A DNA stretch of 64,000 bases from Scyliorhinus canicula. Its lineage: Eukaryota. The notes below the pieces were generated by a model. That model was not told the origin of the DNA. It did no database searches and worked only from the letters and a program-made list of their open reading frames with translations. Both the position numbers and the translations under genes were made by a program. This document shows positions 51,022 to 64,000 of the stretch, one piece after another (position 1 is the first letter of the stretch; each line of letters begins with the position of its first letter). Where the stretch lies: assembly GCF_902713615.1 (NCBI RefSeq), contig NC_052163.1:48842878-48906877 (forward strand), given 5' to 3'.

Positions 51022-51785
51022 TGTCAATGTATTATTAATCACTGTGTATATTAATTACATTTTTAAGAGAATTTCCAGTTAAACATGTGACATTGATTAT
51101 TCTATAAAGCAGACAGCTGGAACACTTTGGTGTGAGAGCTTCTTGTGGGTCAGTAATTATGAGGATGTATCTTACAATAAACCAACTTGAACCTCTAAGA
51201 CCAGACTGGATTGATTCCTCCACTGTAGTCCCTGGTTGTAAGTAACATGGCCTAGATATGACTCCAGTCTCACAGCACTGTTGTTGACTCTGAACTGCCT
51301 GCTGCAATAACTTAGCAAGCCACTCAATGCATGGACATTTAAGGATGGGCAAGAAATGCTGGCCTTGCCAGCAATGCCCACATCCCATGAAAGAATAAAG
51401 TGAAACATGAGGATATGAAGTAGGTGTTTCATTTTGCAATGTGCCTTTTCGGTGCGAGCATTCACACTGGCTTATCAGACTCTATACTGAAGAAGAGTTT
51501 CTTCTTCCCTAGTTTTTTATTGCTTATTAAACATTTGTCAATTTGTAGTTGACCATTAAATATCACAAGATGGTCACAGCAGGACATGAAACTATAGACC
51601 AGAGAATGGGCCTGCTACCCCATGACCAACTGGAGAATGATTTAGCCAAGTTAAACCCAAGAATTCCAACCAAAAAGCTCCTTGTGATTTCAATATAATT
51701 CCAGAAAGCATGCGACATGATTCCAGAAATAGTGTAATGAAGAGTGAATAATACATATGGAAAGTGAATGTAACAAGTTTAGACA

Positions 51786-52075
51786 GGGTGGCACAGTGAC
51801 ACAGTGGATAGCACTGTTGTCTCACAGTGTCAGGGACATGGGTTCAATTGTGGCCTTGGGTGACTGTCAGTAGGAATTTGCACTTTCGCCCCGTGTCTGC
51901 GTGTGTTTCCTCCGGGTGCTCCGGTTTTGCCTGTTAGTGTCCAAAGATGTGCAGGTTAGGTGGGGGTATGGGGATAGGGTGGGGAAGTGGGCCTCGGTGG
52001 GGGTGCTCTTTCAGAGGGATGGTGCGGACCCGATGGGCTGAATAGCTTCCTTCTGCACTGTAGGGATTCTATGGA
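51786..52075 (+). mobile_element. HE1-like SINE
   Basis: Head, core and tail with small deletions. Confidence 0.85.
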
Positions 52076-52172
52076 TAACCGGATATATTTTGAAATTAAA
52101 GAATCCGCAAACCTATTTTCTGAGAAGCATCAAAATGAAAGTCTTTACTGCTTTTAACTCCAGTCTTGGCAA

Positions 52173-52770
52173 AGTTATGAGTCAGGGTTTAGAGAACCCC
52201 AAAGTGTATCATGGAGTTCACGTGACCCACAACTTTTAATAGATTGCGGTATGGGGAGCACACAGCCCACTCGACAGGTGTGGTACAGCAGAAATGGAAA
52301 AGTATTTTTAAAATCAAAACAATGTTTATTCTATGAACTCAAGTTAACTTTTTAAAACATACAGTGTACATCTTAGCAACCATTAATTCAAATACAGCCC
52401 CCAAAGAATACAACACTAAGTAATCCTTAAACTGTCCTTTTAACATCCATAAGACTTAAACAAAACCTTTAAACAGAAGCACAGCAGGTTAAAGTCACTA
52501 CTCAGAGCAATTATTTGTTTTAAATCACCAAAGGATCGATTTAGTTTTTAGATTACAGAGAGAGAGACTAATACCCCTTCTGGCTGTGACTGCAGCTATC
52601 CAGCTCTGTAAACGAAACTAAAACACCCCCTGCAGCAAACAGACTAAAACGAAAGTAAAAAGCTGTCAGACAGCCCAGCTCCACCCACACTCTGACATCA
52701 CTGATAAACACCCATTTCTTAAAGGTACATTTCTTCAACACCCATTTCTAAAAGGTTGTCTCACAAGACA
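52173..52770. mobile_element. Solo LTR, same family as 62121-62755
   Basis: Colinear high similarity to 62121-62755 (gggtttagagaaccccaaagtgtatcatggagttcac…ctcacaagaca). TSD not clean. Confidence 0.75.
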
Positions 52771-53039
52771 ACAATTAATACAATTCCTCTTACTGGAGCT
52801 GCCAATCAACAAGAACAAAATTCAGCTGGACGTACGGTCAGTCCTGAAGAATCATATCACTATTACCTTCATATTCCCTTCATGATTGAGAAGTGAGAAT
52901 TATCTGATGCTGAATAGACCAATAGTTCTACTTGGCTTCAACAAAATGAAGAGAAATTTGCCCTGGCAATGCACAGAACTGGACAGAATAAAGGGTAATG
53001 AGAAGCTACGAGATTGAAGAGGCCAGAGTTAATTTGTGT

Positions 53040-53423
53040 TCATGTGCAGCAAGACCTGGATAACATTCAGACTCCAGCTAATAAGACACAAGTAACACAT
53101 TTGTGCCAAACGTGTGTCAGGCAATGCAGACGATCACCAACAAGAGAAAACTTAACCATTTCCCATTGACATTCAATGGCATTACCATCACTGAATATTT
53201 CACTATCAACGTCCGAGGGGTTATCATTTTTCAGAAACTGAACTGGACTAGTAAGATGAATAATGTCGCTACTAGAGCAGGTCAGAGTCTGGCAACCCTC
53301 TCGAGAGTAACCCACCTCCGGACTCCCCAAGGACTGTCCACCATCTAGAAGGCACAAGTCAGGAGCGTGATGAGTACAGCTCCACCAACACTCAAGAAAC
53401 ACAACATAATCAAGACAGAGCAA
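53040..53423 (+). mobile_element. CR1/L2-group LINE RT C-terminal fragment
   Basis: QKLNWTSKMNNVATRAGQSL..LSRVTHL.TPQGLSTI*KAQVRSVM. Confidence 0.65.
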
Positions 53424-53699
53424 CTTGTACTTTATTTGTCAGCTGTGCTACTGGTAACTTTTTTTACGATAGAACATTTCGCAAGTTCTGACTAGCCCTT
53501 TAGCAACCTAGTGAGATTGATTGTCTTTAGCGAATGCAGTAGTTGAGTTTTCATTCAATTACAAATCGTCGGAATTCTTCAAATCATAATACACAGGATA
53601 ACATAATTAAGTTAAAGAGAAAATGCTGGAAAATCTCAGCAGGTCTGGCAGCATCTGTAGGGAGAGAAAAGAGCTAACGTTTCGAGTTTTATGAAGCTT

Positions 53700-54716
53700 T
53701 GATTGGCTGAAGGAAACCAAACTGATTAGAAATATTCAGTGTTGCCGATAGGGTTTCCCAGGAGCATTTATGCAAATACCACAAGGTCTTCCAGAGATAG
53801 TTGAGATGCATCAAAGGTGTGAAGGCAAAGATATACAAGTAATCGGAAGCAATACCAACATTCTTTTGCGCCAGACCTGTCTTATGCTCTACACTCGAAA
53901 GTGGAGATGGAGTTGAAGCATCTGGAAGACCTGCGGGTAATTGGTTTCAATTTTGATTCTGGCAGAATGATGAAGGGATCCAGCTAACTCTATCCAGAAG
54001 GCTGCGACGAGGGCTGTCTCTCTCTCCAGAAAGATCCAGCTAACTCTCTCCAGAAGGTTGCTGTGAGGGCTGTCTCTCTCTCCAGAAAGATCCAGCTAAC
54101 TCTCTCCAGAAGGCTGCTGTGAGGGCTATCTCTCTACAGAACTATGGTACTATATTCCTGAGACTGCAGAGCCAGAATGCAAACCACAAATTGAAAGTAA
54201 AGTTTGAACAGAAATAAAGTACCTCTCCAGAAAATGCTGTGAGTAATGCATTTCAAGACAAAAACAAAAAATCTGCATGCATGAATCGACAGAGAAGATC
54301 ATTACAGGTTACAAATCAAAGACTTTAATCTGGAAGTTTGCTGTGAAGAAAAATGTGCTGAAGACCATCATCAGAAACAAAGACTTTTCTTCCCTCCACT
54401 TATGTTTTTTTTTACCATTTTCCACCCCTCTGTGTTTATCTGTCTTGTGTATGTTGAGGGTAGGGGCAGGATAAAATGGGAATAAGGTATTAGCTAATAG
54501 TTAACCAGTTGCATTTGCTGCATATTACATTATAGTTATTGTAAATAAACAGTAATTGTGTTTACATTTATAAACCTGGTGACTGTGACTATTGGGCAGC
54601 CAAGGGCCAAAGACATTGGGTATTTGTATTGGAGCTATTAGTTAATTCACCTGTGTTGTGACTCCGGGTCAAGTGGGGCGGAAATTGACCACGCACTAGC
54701 CCAGGGTGTCCTAACA
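53700..54716 (+). mobile_element. Probable LTR fragment (3' part) containing a minisatellite
   Basis: AATAAA near 54544 and a …gggtgtcctaaca terminus typical of LTR ends. The 5' boundary is unclear. Confidence 0.5.
53977..54141 (+). repeat. Tandem repeat, 3 x 56 bp
   Basis: Units start gatccagctaactc at 53977, 54033 and 54089. Confidence 0.9.
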
Positions 54717-55300
54717 CAGGCAGAACATTAGCAATTAAGTTATTGGAAATTAAAGGGTGAGATAATGGTGGGTCTAACTTCTCAATGAGCAATATTGGGA
54801 AGCCCTTTTACATGTATTAGCATCTTATGCATACTCTTTAAAAGGCCACCTCACCGGAATTAAGGTCCCCCTCCAAATGAAGTTTCCCACCAGTGAAAAA
54901 CTGGAATGTTCGCTATTACAACTGCACATCGATAGCATGCACCTGGTGAGGTAGACTTCACCCATGATTAATGGTGAGTTGTTGTCGCATTGTGCTCTTT
55001 GGGAAACGTTTGTAAATGCCAGCCTACGCATGTGATGTGTACACGTTCTGTGGAGAATGACCAGGGAAAAGAAGAAGGGTAAGTGGGGAAGTGGAGCAGT
55101 GACTGGGCAAATGTGAAAGGGATAGTGCAGGATGTCCAGGTGCCCTTTAAATATGGTGCCCCGACCTTTGACCCCATGAGGTAATGGTGGTGGCACGGTT
55201 TCTAGCTTGCCCCATCATGAGAATCGGCAAACTCATCGTGGATGCATATGTAATGAGTTGAGCAGTGCAAGCCTGCACATGGTCAATAATCCCCCTCCCA

Positions 55301-55533
55301 GGGCAGCACGGTGGCGCAGTGGGTTAGCCCTGCAGCCTCACAGCGCCGAGGTCCCAGGTTCGATCCCGGCTCTGGGTCACTGTCTGTGTGGAGTTTGCAC
55401 ATTCTCCCAGTGTTTGCGTGGGTTTCGCCCCCACAACCCAAAGATGTGCAGGGTAGGTGGATTGGCCACGCTAAATTGCCCCTTAATTGGAAAAAAATTA
55501 ATTGGGTACTCTAAATTAAAAAAAAAAAAAAAA
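55301..55533 (+). mobile_element. Young short A-tailed HE1-head SINE with 15-bp TSD
   Basis: TSD aataatccccctccc at 55285 and 55534, with a long A tail. Confidence 0.92.
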
Positions 55534-57559
55534 AATAATCCCCCTCCCCACACAACGGAAACCACTCTCACTTCTGCGCCCGCCACTGAACTTAGAATGC
55601 AAGATTCCGACCATGGTGTGGCCTGTCAGTTTTTTTGGGGCAGTTGATATTTCACCCTTTCCCATTCCCTTCCTCTAGTCCGACAATTACCTTTGCCTCT
55701 TCCCAAGTCAAATCCCTGTACAGAGTGCTTAAGGCTGGGTGGAAATATATTTGTGATTGGCTGTTCACCTCAGATTGAGAAAGCAACGTTGGAGGCTGCT
55801 ATTGTTCTAAAAGGCACATGGCAACAAAAAGATGTGTAGTTTTTGCCGTCCAGATTTCTGTCAGAACAGGCTCCAGACTCACAATGCAATCCTCCTGTAC
55901 CCTCGAATTAAAGAACAAGGTTTACTAAGGCTTGGTTGCCAGGAGTTTCCTTACTGATCGTCCAATTTGAAGCAATGTCTTGTCCAGTTCCCTGGGACAT
56001 TCTTCTTTTTGGGACAGGAACTGGAATAGATTATTTAGCCCTCTGAGTTGGTTCTTCCATTCAAAGAGATCCTTACTGGTGACTGACAGATGGATTCCTC
56101 GGGAAAAAAGCACGGCAGAGTAATTTTGCGCGGCGTCCGTACTACGTATATGAAATTTGAATGTGTCTTCCTATTCCAGGCAGGTGCTCCTCAGAAAGCC
56201 CTAAAAAATAGGCAACAAGTACAGAGAGGGCAGAGTTTCATGAGTGTCCATCCTTATTTTCTCTGCCTTAAACTGACACATGTAAGATGGCAGGGAGAGG
56301 CTCCCTTAAAATGAGATCAGATTACACAACAAACAACAACATTAGCTATCATTCAATTTGTATATATTTGTACATCTTTAGTCAGTTGGCATCCAGGTGC
56401 GCTGACGGCAGCTTTCCTCATCTTTACTATTTGGCCCCAATTGATGAAATGTGCTGTTTATATCATCCAGTCAAATCTGCATTACTGCCTTACTGAATTA
56501 TAGATGAACTGAAGGATTTAGTAAAAATCCATTTGACAAGTTGACTTAAAAGGAATGGACGTGTATGTTTTATTTTGGTCTGGCCTGATTCACCAGGTTA
56601 CTGCAGACAGGGACGGTTACTGATAGAAGTGATTAGCAGGCTGAATTTTACAAATAGCACAACAAATGGCCAAGTTGGTAGCATGTACTGTGTGCTATGG
56701 TTGAAAACATACCCAGAACACATTGTGGTGATTTAATGTTGAGTGCTATATGGAGAAAACCTCTTCTTAAAAGAATCATGCAGGAATATATGTTGCATAT
56801 TTTTCAGATATTTAGCTGAATGGTAATCTAGTCTTCTGTTTAAAGGCACCTCCTGATTAGAGGTCCACGGACCAAAATAATAAAATAACGTAAAAGAAAT
56901 GAGAACAAAAAATATAAACATGAAGGACTCTTACACACTCCAGGTGCTGATCTCCTACCTTGGCCCTGAAGCCTTGCCAGCTTGGTCATGCTGTTTGACC
57001 TCCTCTTCCTGCTCTCCAGGTGGTGCAGCCCTCCCTTAACTTTGTCTACCTTCTTGTGTGCCAGTAGCACTCCCAAAACAGCCACAGTGCAGGAAGTCAG
57101 CTGCATTTTAAAAGGTTCCCCTTGATGCCTCCCACTGTCTCTTGGAGACCTGCTCACCTTCGTTAATTACACAGCGCTCATTGAGCTGGGCTCTTAATTG
57201 ACTTCTGCCCCACAAAAGGATTGAGTCAGAAGATGTGCAGCTGCAGCGAGTTGTCCCGACCCCCGATATTTTTCTAACTCCAGGAAATTCTGCCCTCAGA
57301 GGCTCTGAGAACCAATCAAAGACAGAACGAGGAGACAAAGTTGACAGACAGTGGGAAGACGGTAGTGTGTGGGGAATCAGTGGTGTATTGGCATTGTCAA
57401 TTAATCTGGAGATCCAGGGTAATGCTCTGGGGACCCAGATTCAAGTGTCATAATGGCAGGTGATGAATTCAATAAAAATCTTGAATTAAAAGTCTAATGA
57501 TGACCATGAAACCACTGTCGATTGTCATAAAAACCCATCTTGTTCACTTATGTCCATTA

Positions 57560-57749
57560 GGGGCTGGTTTAGCTCACTGGGCTAAATCGCTGGCTTTTAA
57601 AGCAGACCAAGCAGGCCAGCAGCACGGTTCGATTCCCGTACCAGCCGCCCCGGACAGGCGCCGGAATGTGGCGACTAGGAGCTTTTCACAGTAACTTCAT
57701 TGAAGCCTACTCGTGACAATAAGCGATTTTCATTTTCATTTCATTTTCA
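57560..57749 (+). mobile_element. Short tRNA-derived SINE with (tttca)n tail, nested in an older SINE (57352-57915)
   Basis: Head ggggctggtttagctcactggg, B box ggttcgattcc, and a tail shared with 3027-3336 and 58189-58492. Confidence 0.82.
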
Positions 57750-58188
57750 TAGGGAAGGAAATCTGCCGTCCTTTCCCAGTCTGGCCTCCAGCAATGTGGT
57801 TGACTCCCAAATGCCCTCTTAAATGCCCGAGCAAGCCACTGAGCTCAAGGGCAATTAGGGATGGGCAATAAATGCTGGCCCAGCCAACGACGTCCATATG
57901 GATGAATATTTAAAGAAACTTGCATAAAGAGGGAGTGAGGAATAATAAGGTAAAGATACAGACATGACAAGAAAATAAGGTCTGTCAGAACCAGTGACAA
58001 AAAGTACAAAATACGGAAAATCAGGCAGAGGGAAAGAATTAATTAGCGATTGCGAAGGCAGCAGAGAGAAGAAACATTCAGAAGTACAATAAAACTGAAA
58101 ATGCTGGAAACATTCAGCAGATTCCATTAACGTGCCATTAAATTTATTTTTCTCACTGCAGTTGATGCCAGATCTGCAAAGTATTGAT

Positions 58189-58492
58189 GGCACAGTAGCA
58201 CAGTGGTTAGTTTCACAGTGCCAGGGTTCCAGGTTCGATTCCCGTGTTGGGTCACTGTCTGTGCAAAGACTGCGCGTTCTCCCCGTGTCTGCGTGGGGTT
58301 TGATCCGGGTGCTCCGCTTTCCTCCCACAAGTCCTGAAAGATGTGCTGGTAGGTAATTTGGACATTCTGAATTCTCGCTTTGTGTATCCGAACAGGCACC
58401 GGAATGTGGTGACTCGTGGCTTTTCACAGTAACTTCATTGCAGTGTTAATGTATACATACTTGTGACAATAAAGATTATTATTATTATTATT
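58189..58492 (+). mobile_element. HE1-head SINE with alternative (tta)n tail
   Basis: Same structure as 3027-3336; ends gattattattattatta. Confidence 0.85.
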
Positions 58493-59994
58493 CCTCGCAC
58501 TTCCTTTTTTTAAATTTCAGATTTCCAACGTCTACAGAATTTTGTGTTTTGTATTTAGAAATGGCAGCTCGATAACATTAAACTGCAAATCTCATTCAGG
58601 GAGACCAATGGAATGTGGGAAAACATAGGTGTGATCTCTTGAGATTGGGAATAAAGGTTAGAAGATGTTTACCCGTCACTATTCTGCTTTAGTAAAGAAA
58701 AAGGCACCACGGTTAGTCTGTGCACGCAGAACAACATTTCCAGCGAGCAAACTGCTTCCTTTAGCCCAGGTCAGAAGGACTATATGTCCAGATGATACAT
58801 TCTGGCAATACCCTCTAACACATAACACAATCCCTCGCTCTTGCTGATCTTTTTTCTTCTCTCTAGATTTGGTGTTCTGAGGCTAAATGTGGTGTTGTTC
58901 CACTGCCATGTGGCTTTGATCAGAAACTCCGCAGAGAGCAAATACCCAGCGTGGTTTTTTGAATGGCTCATTCCTGTTCACCCTGATGCAACAATCCACT
59001 AAGCAAAGTGCCACATTGGTTGGAAGACCCACCAAGGCTATTCTCCCAGCCTATCCTGGACTGTGTAACTATGGCCATTAGTATACATAAGCCAACACTG
59101 ATTAGTATGCATTTCTAAATCAGATACAGGCTCACCCCAGACCCTTGGGCCCCAATGTTTAAATGGAGGTGGAGTATGTTCGGGGAGCTGAAAATACCCA
59201 TAGAGCCCGTGAATCGTTTTGAAAGTACAAATAGATTACATCCGTCATATTACCCTTATCTTTCCTTTCTGTTATTTTTTAAGTAATTAATAAGCCTGAC
59301 ATTACTTTTTTGAAATCCATACTAGCTATTCTTCATTAGCTTTCCAGTCCGAGTTGTTTTTCAGCAATATCAATAAGTAGTTTTATACAGTAAGTTAATT
59401 GAACATTTAATTTTTCTGTAATTCCCTCAGCACATTTGTGCTGAAACATAAACATGTCTTTATGTTTAATTTGGAATTATACAGTGATTATTACAAGGTT
59501 TGCCTTAATTATCGAGCTTTTCTTTGTCCTCTCCTGGGCCAGTACCTTTGTATGCGGGTGAGGTACTGTATTAGAATCTCACACACCAAGCACCCTGAGG
59601 CACAGTAAAGATAATCAATTTTAATTGTCTTTAATTGTTATTACTTGATGCAATACACTTTACATTGACAATGCAGAAAACATCTGGGATGTAATTTTTC
59701 ATAAATGTTTAATGTAGCATAAAATTATACACACAAACCTTTTGGTTATCCCACGTGAAACCAATTTAAATATTAATAGCTGCATTTTACTTTAGTTTAG
59801 ATTGGTGAATTTTGCCCTTTTGTTACACTTATTTCTAAGTTGTACCTCATAGGATTCTCTGAATTTTGCTGTAATTTACAGCTCTGCCCAATTTGTTGCA
59901 TATTTTCTGTGCGTTTGACAAGTGGAGGTCTTGTGGTGTGGTGGTAGTGTCACTGCCTCTAGAGCAGATGTTCTAGGTTCAAGTCCTATTCTAG

Positions 59995-60145
59995 TGGGGT
60001 GGTTTTAAGCTTGCATTCACCGTCAGAGAGAGCAGCGATATGGGTGGAAAATGTGATGAGATTTTCTTTGTCGGTGACATCACGCAATTCATGCTCACAA
60101 AGGGCGAGGATCTAATTTTAATGTTTTGTCAGACATTGTCGTTAG

Positions 60146-60176
<31 letters not shown>

Positions 60177-60780
60177 ACCCCGTCCCGCCACACGATCCTC
60201 CCTCACATCAGTGAGGTGCACTACAGTAATTTTAAAACGTGATTCAATTGAAGGGATCTGCCCTGGCACACAGGTAACTGTAGCTCTGTTGGGGGGGGGG
60301 GGGGGGGGGGGGGGGGGAGAGAAGAGTGACATGCCTGGGCAGTGCACTGGCACTTTGTCCTTGCACAGATTGACACTGCCAGGTTGGCATATCTGGCAAT
60401 GCCAAACTTGCAGCACCAATCTGCCAGTGGCAACTTGCACCAGGGGGCAGTGCCAGGGATAGGCAACTCCATGGAAATGGTTCCTCTTATGTGTTTGGGG
60501 AGGGCTGATATCTGTGAGAGGGGAGAGTGCCCTGAATCTACCTATGTCGGCAAGAGGGTGGGTGTGAGAGGGAGTCCTAATGGGGGGGGCCCTTATGCTT
60601 GTGAGAGGGGGTCCTAATGTGTATGCGGGGGGTTGCTAGGGGCCGTTCAGTTTCTGAGCTGAATAGGGCACCCTTTCAAGATTGCACCACGATCTCTGTG
60701 GAGTCGGCCTTGCCAGAGTGATTGCCAAAACCCACCCACTCATTTTGTGTTTCAGAGATGCTCAAGATATGGAATGAAAC
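59995..60780. mobile_element. Non-autonomous DNA-transposon-like repeat related to 1-1030
   Basis: Shared ggcagtgcc motifs and internal inverted C/G tracts. Confidence 0.4.
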
Positions 60781-60783
60781 CTG

Positions 60784-61371
60784 CGGTGGAATTCTCCGCC
60801 CCCCGTGATTCGGCTGGGGCGGGAATCGAGCCGCGCCAGTCGGCGGGCCCTCCACGGCGATTCTCCGGCCCGCGATGGGCCGAAGTCCCGCCACTGACAG
60901 GCCTTTCCCGCCGGCGTGGTTTAAACCACCTCTGGTACTGGCGGGATTGGCGGGGCGGGCAGGCTCCGGGGTCCTGGGGGGGGTGCCGGGCGATCTGACC
61001 CCGGGAGGTGCCCCCACAGTGGCCTGGCCCGCGATTGGGACCCACCGATCGGTGGGCGGGCCTGTGCCATGGGGGCACTCTTTTTCTTCCGTGGAAGAGA
61101 CCCCCTCTCCTTCGTATGCGCTGGTATGACGTCAGCAGCTGCTGACTTCCGCCGGCCCCGGCGAAGGCCTTTCGGCCCCGGCGAAGGCCTTTCGGCCCCG
61201 GCTGGCGTGGCGCCAAAGGCCGTTCGCGCCGGCCGGTGGAGTGGGAACCACTCCGGCGCAGGCCTAGCCCCTAACGGTGCGCACCTTTGGGGAGGCCCGA
61301 CGCCGGAGTGGTTCATGCCACTCCGTCCCAACGGGATGCCCTGCCCCGCTGGGTAGGGGAGAATCCCAGCC
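60784..61371. mobile_element. Non-autonomous Harbinger-type MITE
   Basis: TIRs cggtggaattctcc / ggagaatcccagcc, 3-bp TSD ctg, internal 20-bp tandem (cggccccggcgaaggccttt) at 61152-61201. Confidence 0.8.
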
Positions 61372-62120
61372 CTGGTCTGTGCTGCTGGAGAGCTACACGC
61401 TGGTTTTCAATAGAGTCTGGCACTTTGAAAAAAATATGGTAAGGTTCCGCCCCAAGGCTTGATGGCCATGGAAGCCACGTTTGATAATATGGTATGGTAT
61501 GATAAAACAGGTTGATCATTAGAATAATGAAAATTCTGTGAATGTTGGAATCTGGAAGAAGAACAGAGGCTGCTGGAAAATCGAGTTTGGACCCTTCTCC
61601 GGTTGATTATCAGCCTGTTTTTAAAAAAAAATTCACATCCTCCTGAAGGCAAGGTATTAAGATTGGGAAAGGTCTCTGATCAGCCATATTGCCAAAGGCA
61701 ATGACAAACCACTGCAGTACTTTACCAAGCATGATCATGGGCCAATTCAATGGACTTCCATTGTTGCCAATGCCCTTTTAGGGACTGGAACCTGGAGAAG
61801 GATTTGGACCAGAACCAGATTGCTCACCAATTGGCAAATGTCTTTCTGAGATACTGATCATACTAATTCTGCCCAAATGTTAGACCACCAGTACCAGATG
61901 TAAAATATTATGTGGTACAAATGCCAAATATCTGGCAGTAGTTCACCAGCCCGTTCGCTTATTAAGCCCCTTGCTCCGCTGATTTAGTTATGCTAAATAA
62001 CGGGACTGGTGTACAATGATGTTACGACAAGGCAAATCATCAAGTTTCCCCTTATTAACATTAACTCGTTCACCCAAACATAAATTGGGGTGTTCATTGC
62101 ACACTGTTACTTTTGGTGGG

Positions 62121-62755
62121 TGTTATGGGCCAGGGTTTAGAGAACCCCAAAGTGTATCATGGAGTTCACCTGACCCACAACGTTTAATAGATTGTGGTAT
62201 GGGGCGTACACGGCCCACTCTACAGGTGTGGTACAGCAGAAATGGAAATGTAATTTTTAAAAGCACAACAATGTTTATTCTATGAACTCAAGTTAACCTT
62301 TTTAAAACGTACAGTGAACATCTTAGCAGCCATTAATTCAAATACAACCCCCAAAGACTCTAGCACTAAGTAATCCTTTAAGCTTTCCTTTTAACATCCG
62401 TACGACTTAAAAAACAAAACCTTTAACAGAAGCACATCAGGTTAAAGTCACTACTGAAAACATTTATAATTCTGAATTCACAAAATGATCAAGAGATAGT
62501 CTTTTAATGGCAGAGAGAACAGCAGTACACCTGCTTGGTCTGGCTTCAGCTCCAACACTGAAAACGAAACTAAAACACACCCTGCAGCAAACAGCCTAAA
62601 ACAAAAGTAAAAAGTTGACAGATAGCCCAGCTCCACCCACACTCTGACAGCACTGCAGTTGTAAACACCCATTTCTTAAAGGTACTCTCACTACAGATAC
62701 TTACATACACACCCATTTCTAAACACTAATTTCTTAAAGGTACTCTCACATGACT
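62121..62755. mobile_element. Solo LTR of a second, unrelated LTR family
   Basis: Starts tgttatggg and ends catgac(t). 5-bp TSD gtggg. A homologous copy lies at 52173-52770. Confidence 0.8.
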
Positions 62756-64000
62756 GTGGGAAACGTAGGAACAAGTGTGGATGCTAGAGAGTCAGGGTCG
62801 TGGCTTGCTGATCAAATTCCTGTCCATGGCTATTTAGTTAACTTCAAAAATGAACAGTGGTGGGGTGGAAACTGTACCTTGAAATTGAAGGGAAGGAATT
62901 TTCCAGTCAGATAAATAACACCGTTTGAGATGACAGGAAATCATTTAATTCGTTGTAAATTGTACTTGTCTGCTAAATGTTAGCTAATCCCTATATTATG
63001 CATGGCATTTAACGACTAAATTGGAATTGAAGCTTTGAAGGTACTGATGCCGAGGTAAGCAAATCTTTTATGTGCACTCTTCATTAGAATGTTGGGATTA
63101 ATTATTAATCATTTCAGTAAATTGCCATTGCTTTTCCTTTCAGCTTCCACACGTCACCAGTTTATGGTGCACATTGTGTTTGTTCTGTGATCATTGGGAG
63201 TGCTGTATACAGCCTTTGCTCTAAGATGCTGGGAGGTACGTTGTACAAATTCTCTTTGCTGCCAGCTTGATCTGTTCAATGTTATAGTTTCTTGAAATTA
63301 GGGAAAACTTAATAGTAGGACATTTAGGTTTGCAATTGCCAGTGTCGTTAGAACACAGATTACAATCTCTCTCGCATTGTACATTATCAATCAAAAAAAT
63401 GTTTACAATCCCGATCAATTGGTCGTCATTTACACCCTTAGGAACAGAGTCATTTCCTGTGATAGCAGTCCAACGTCATTAAACTTAGCCAAATTCATTT
63501 AAGCCTCTTACAGCAACAGTGGTATTTCACAGCATATCAGATGATTAGGACTGAAACCTTGGCTTAATGAGAGCTGAGTTGGAAAGTGAAAGGTTTGAGC
63601 CTCAGTTCAACAACCCCTGTGAGTAGAGATTAGAATATGATATCCAATTACTGAATTGACATCTAGCGGGAACCTGTGACACTGGTTTAGTGGTAGTATA
63701 CCTGCCTCTGAGTCAGAGTGGTTGGTTAAGAGCCCCATTCCCGAACGCCCTCAGTGACCAGAGCTACAAGATTGTGGATCAATGTCCACTGAGGACTTTT
63801 GCGCCTGATGGGAGCAAGTATTTTAAAAGGAGGTACAGCGGCCCCAACGTAGTTGCCAAATTAGGAATGAACTAGCTGTAGTAATTTGCTATGCAAAGAA
63901 ACAATTTCAATTCTGCGACATTCTTCTCTTTTAACAAACATTTTATTCAGGCATTTATAGTTTTATAACAACAAAAGATACAAATACAAATGTAAACATC

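Noticed and set aside
53977-54141. Regular repeats as a possible CRISPR-like array
   Set aside because: Contiguous 56-bp tandem units without unique spacers, in a eukaryotic LTR context.

Overview
Eukaryotic, repeat-dominated vertebrate DNA, most likely from a cartilaginous fish (shark/catshark). That call rests on the many HE1/V-SINE-like tRNA-derived SINEs; it is an inference, not a database result. No intact host protein-coding gene could be identified; a few splice-site-bounded open stretches are flagged at low confidence. The window is a stack of decayed transposons: four related compact Ty3/Gypsy LTR retrotransposons (one complete with TSD, one nested with TSD, two fused tail-to-tail), several solo LTRs, L1-, L2-, CR1- and Penelope-type fragments, Harbinger (transposase + Myb) remnants and MITEs, and about 20 SINEs. 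The most striking signal is in the Gypsy family. None of the four 5' LTRs is followed by a tRNA primer-binding site. Each is instead followed by a 13-16 nt sequence complementary to its own R-region segment ending in AATAAA, 49-50 nt upstream. This sequence differs between copies but the pairing is kept by compensatory changes and G-U wobbles. This suggests a self-priming and/or poly(A)-signal-occluding RNA switch. The RT catalytic motif of this family is YLDN rather than YxDD. All alignments and folds were done by eye, and many repeat boundaries are approximate.
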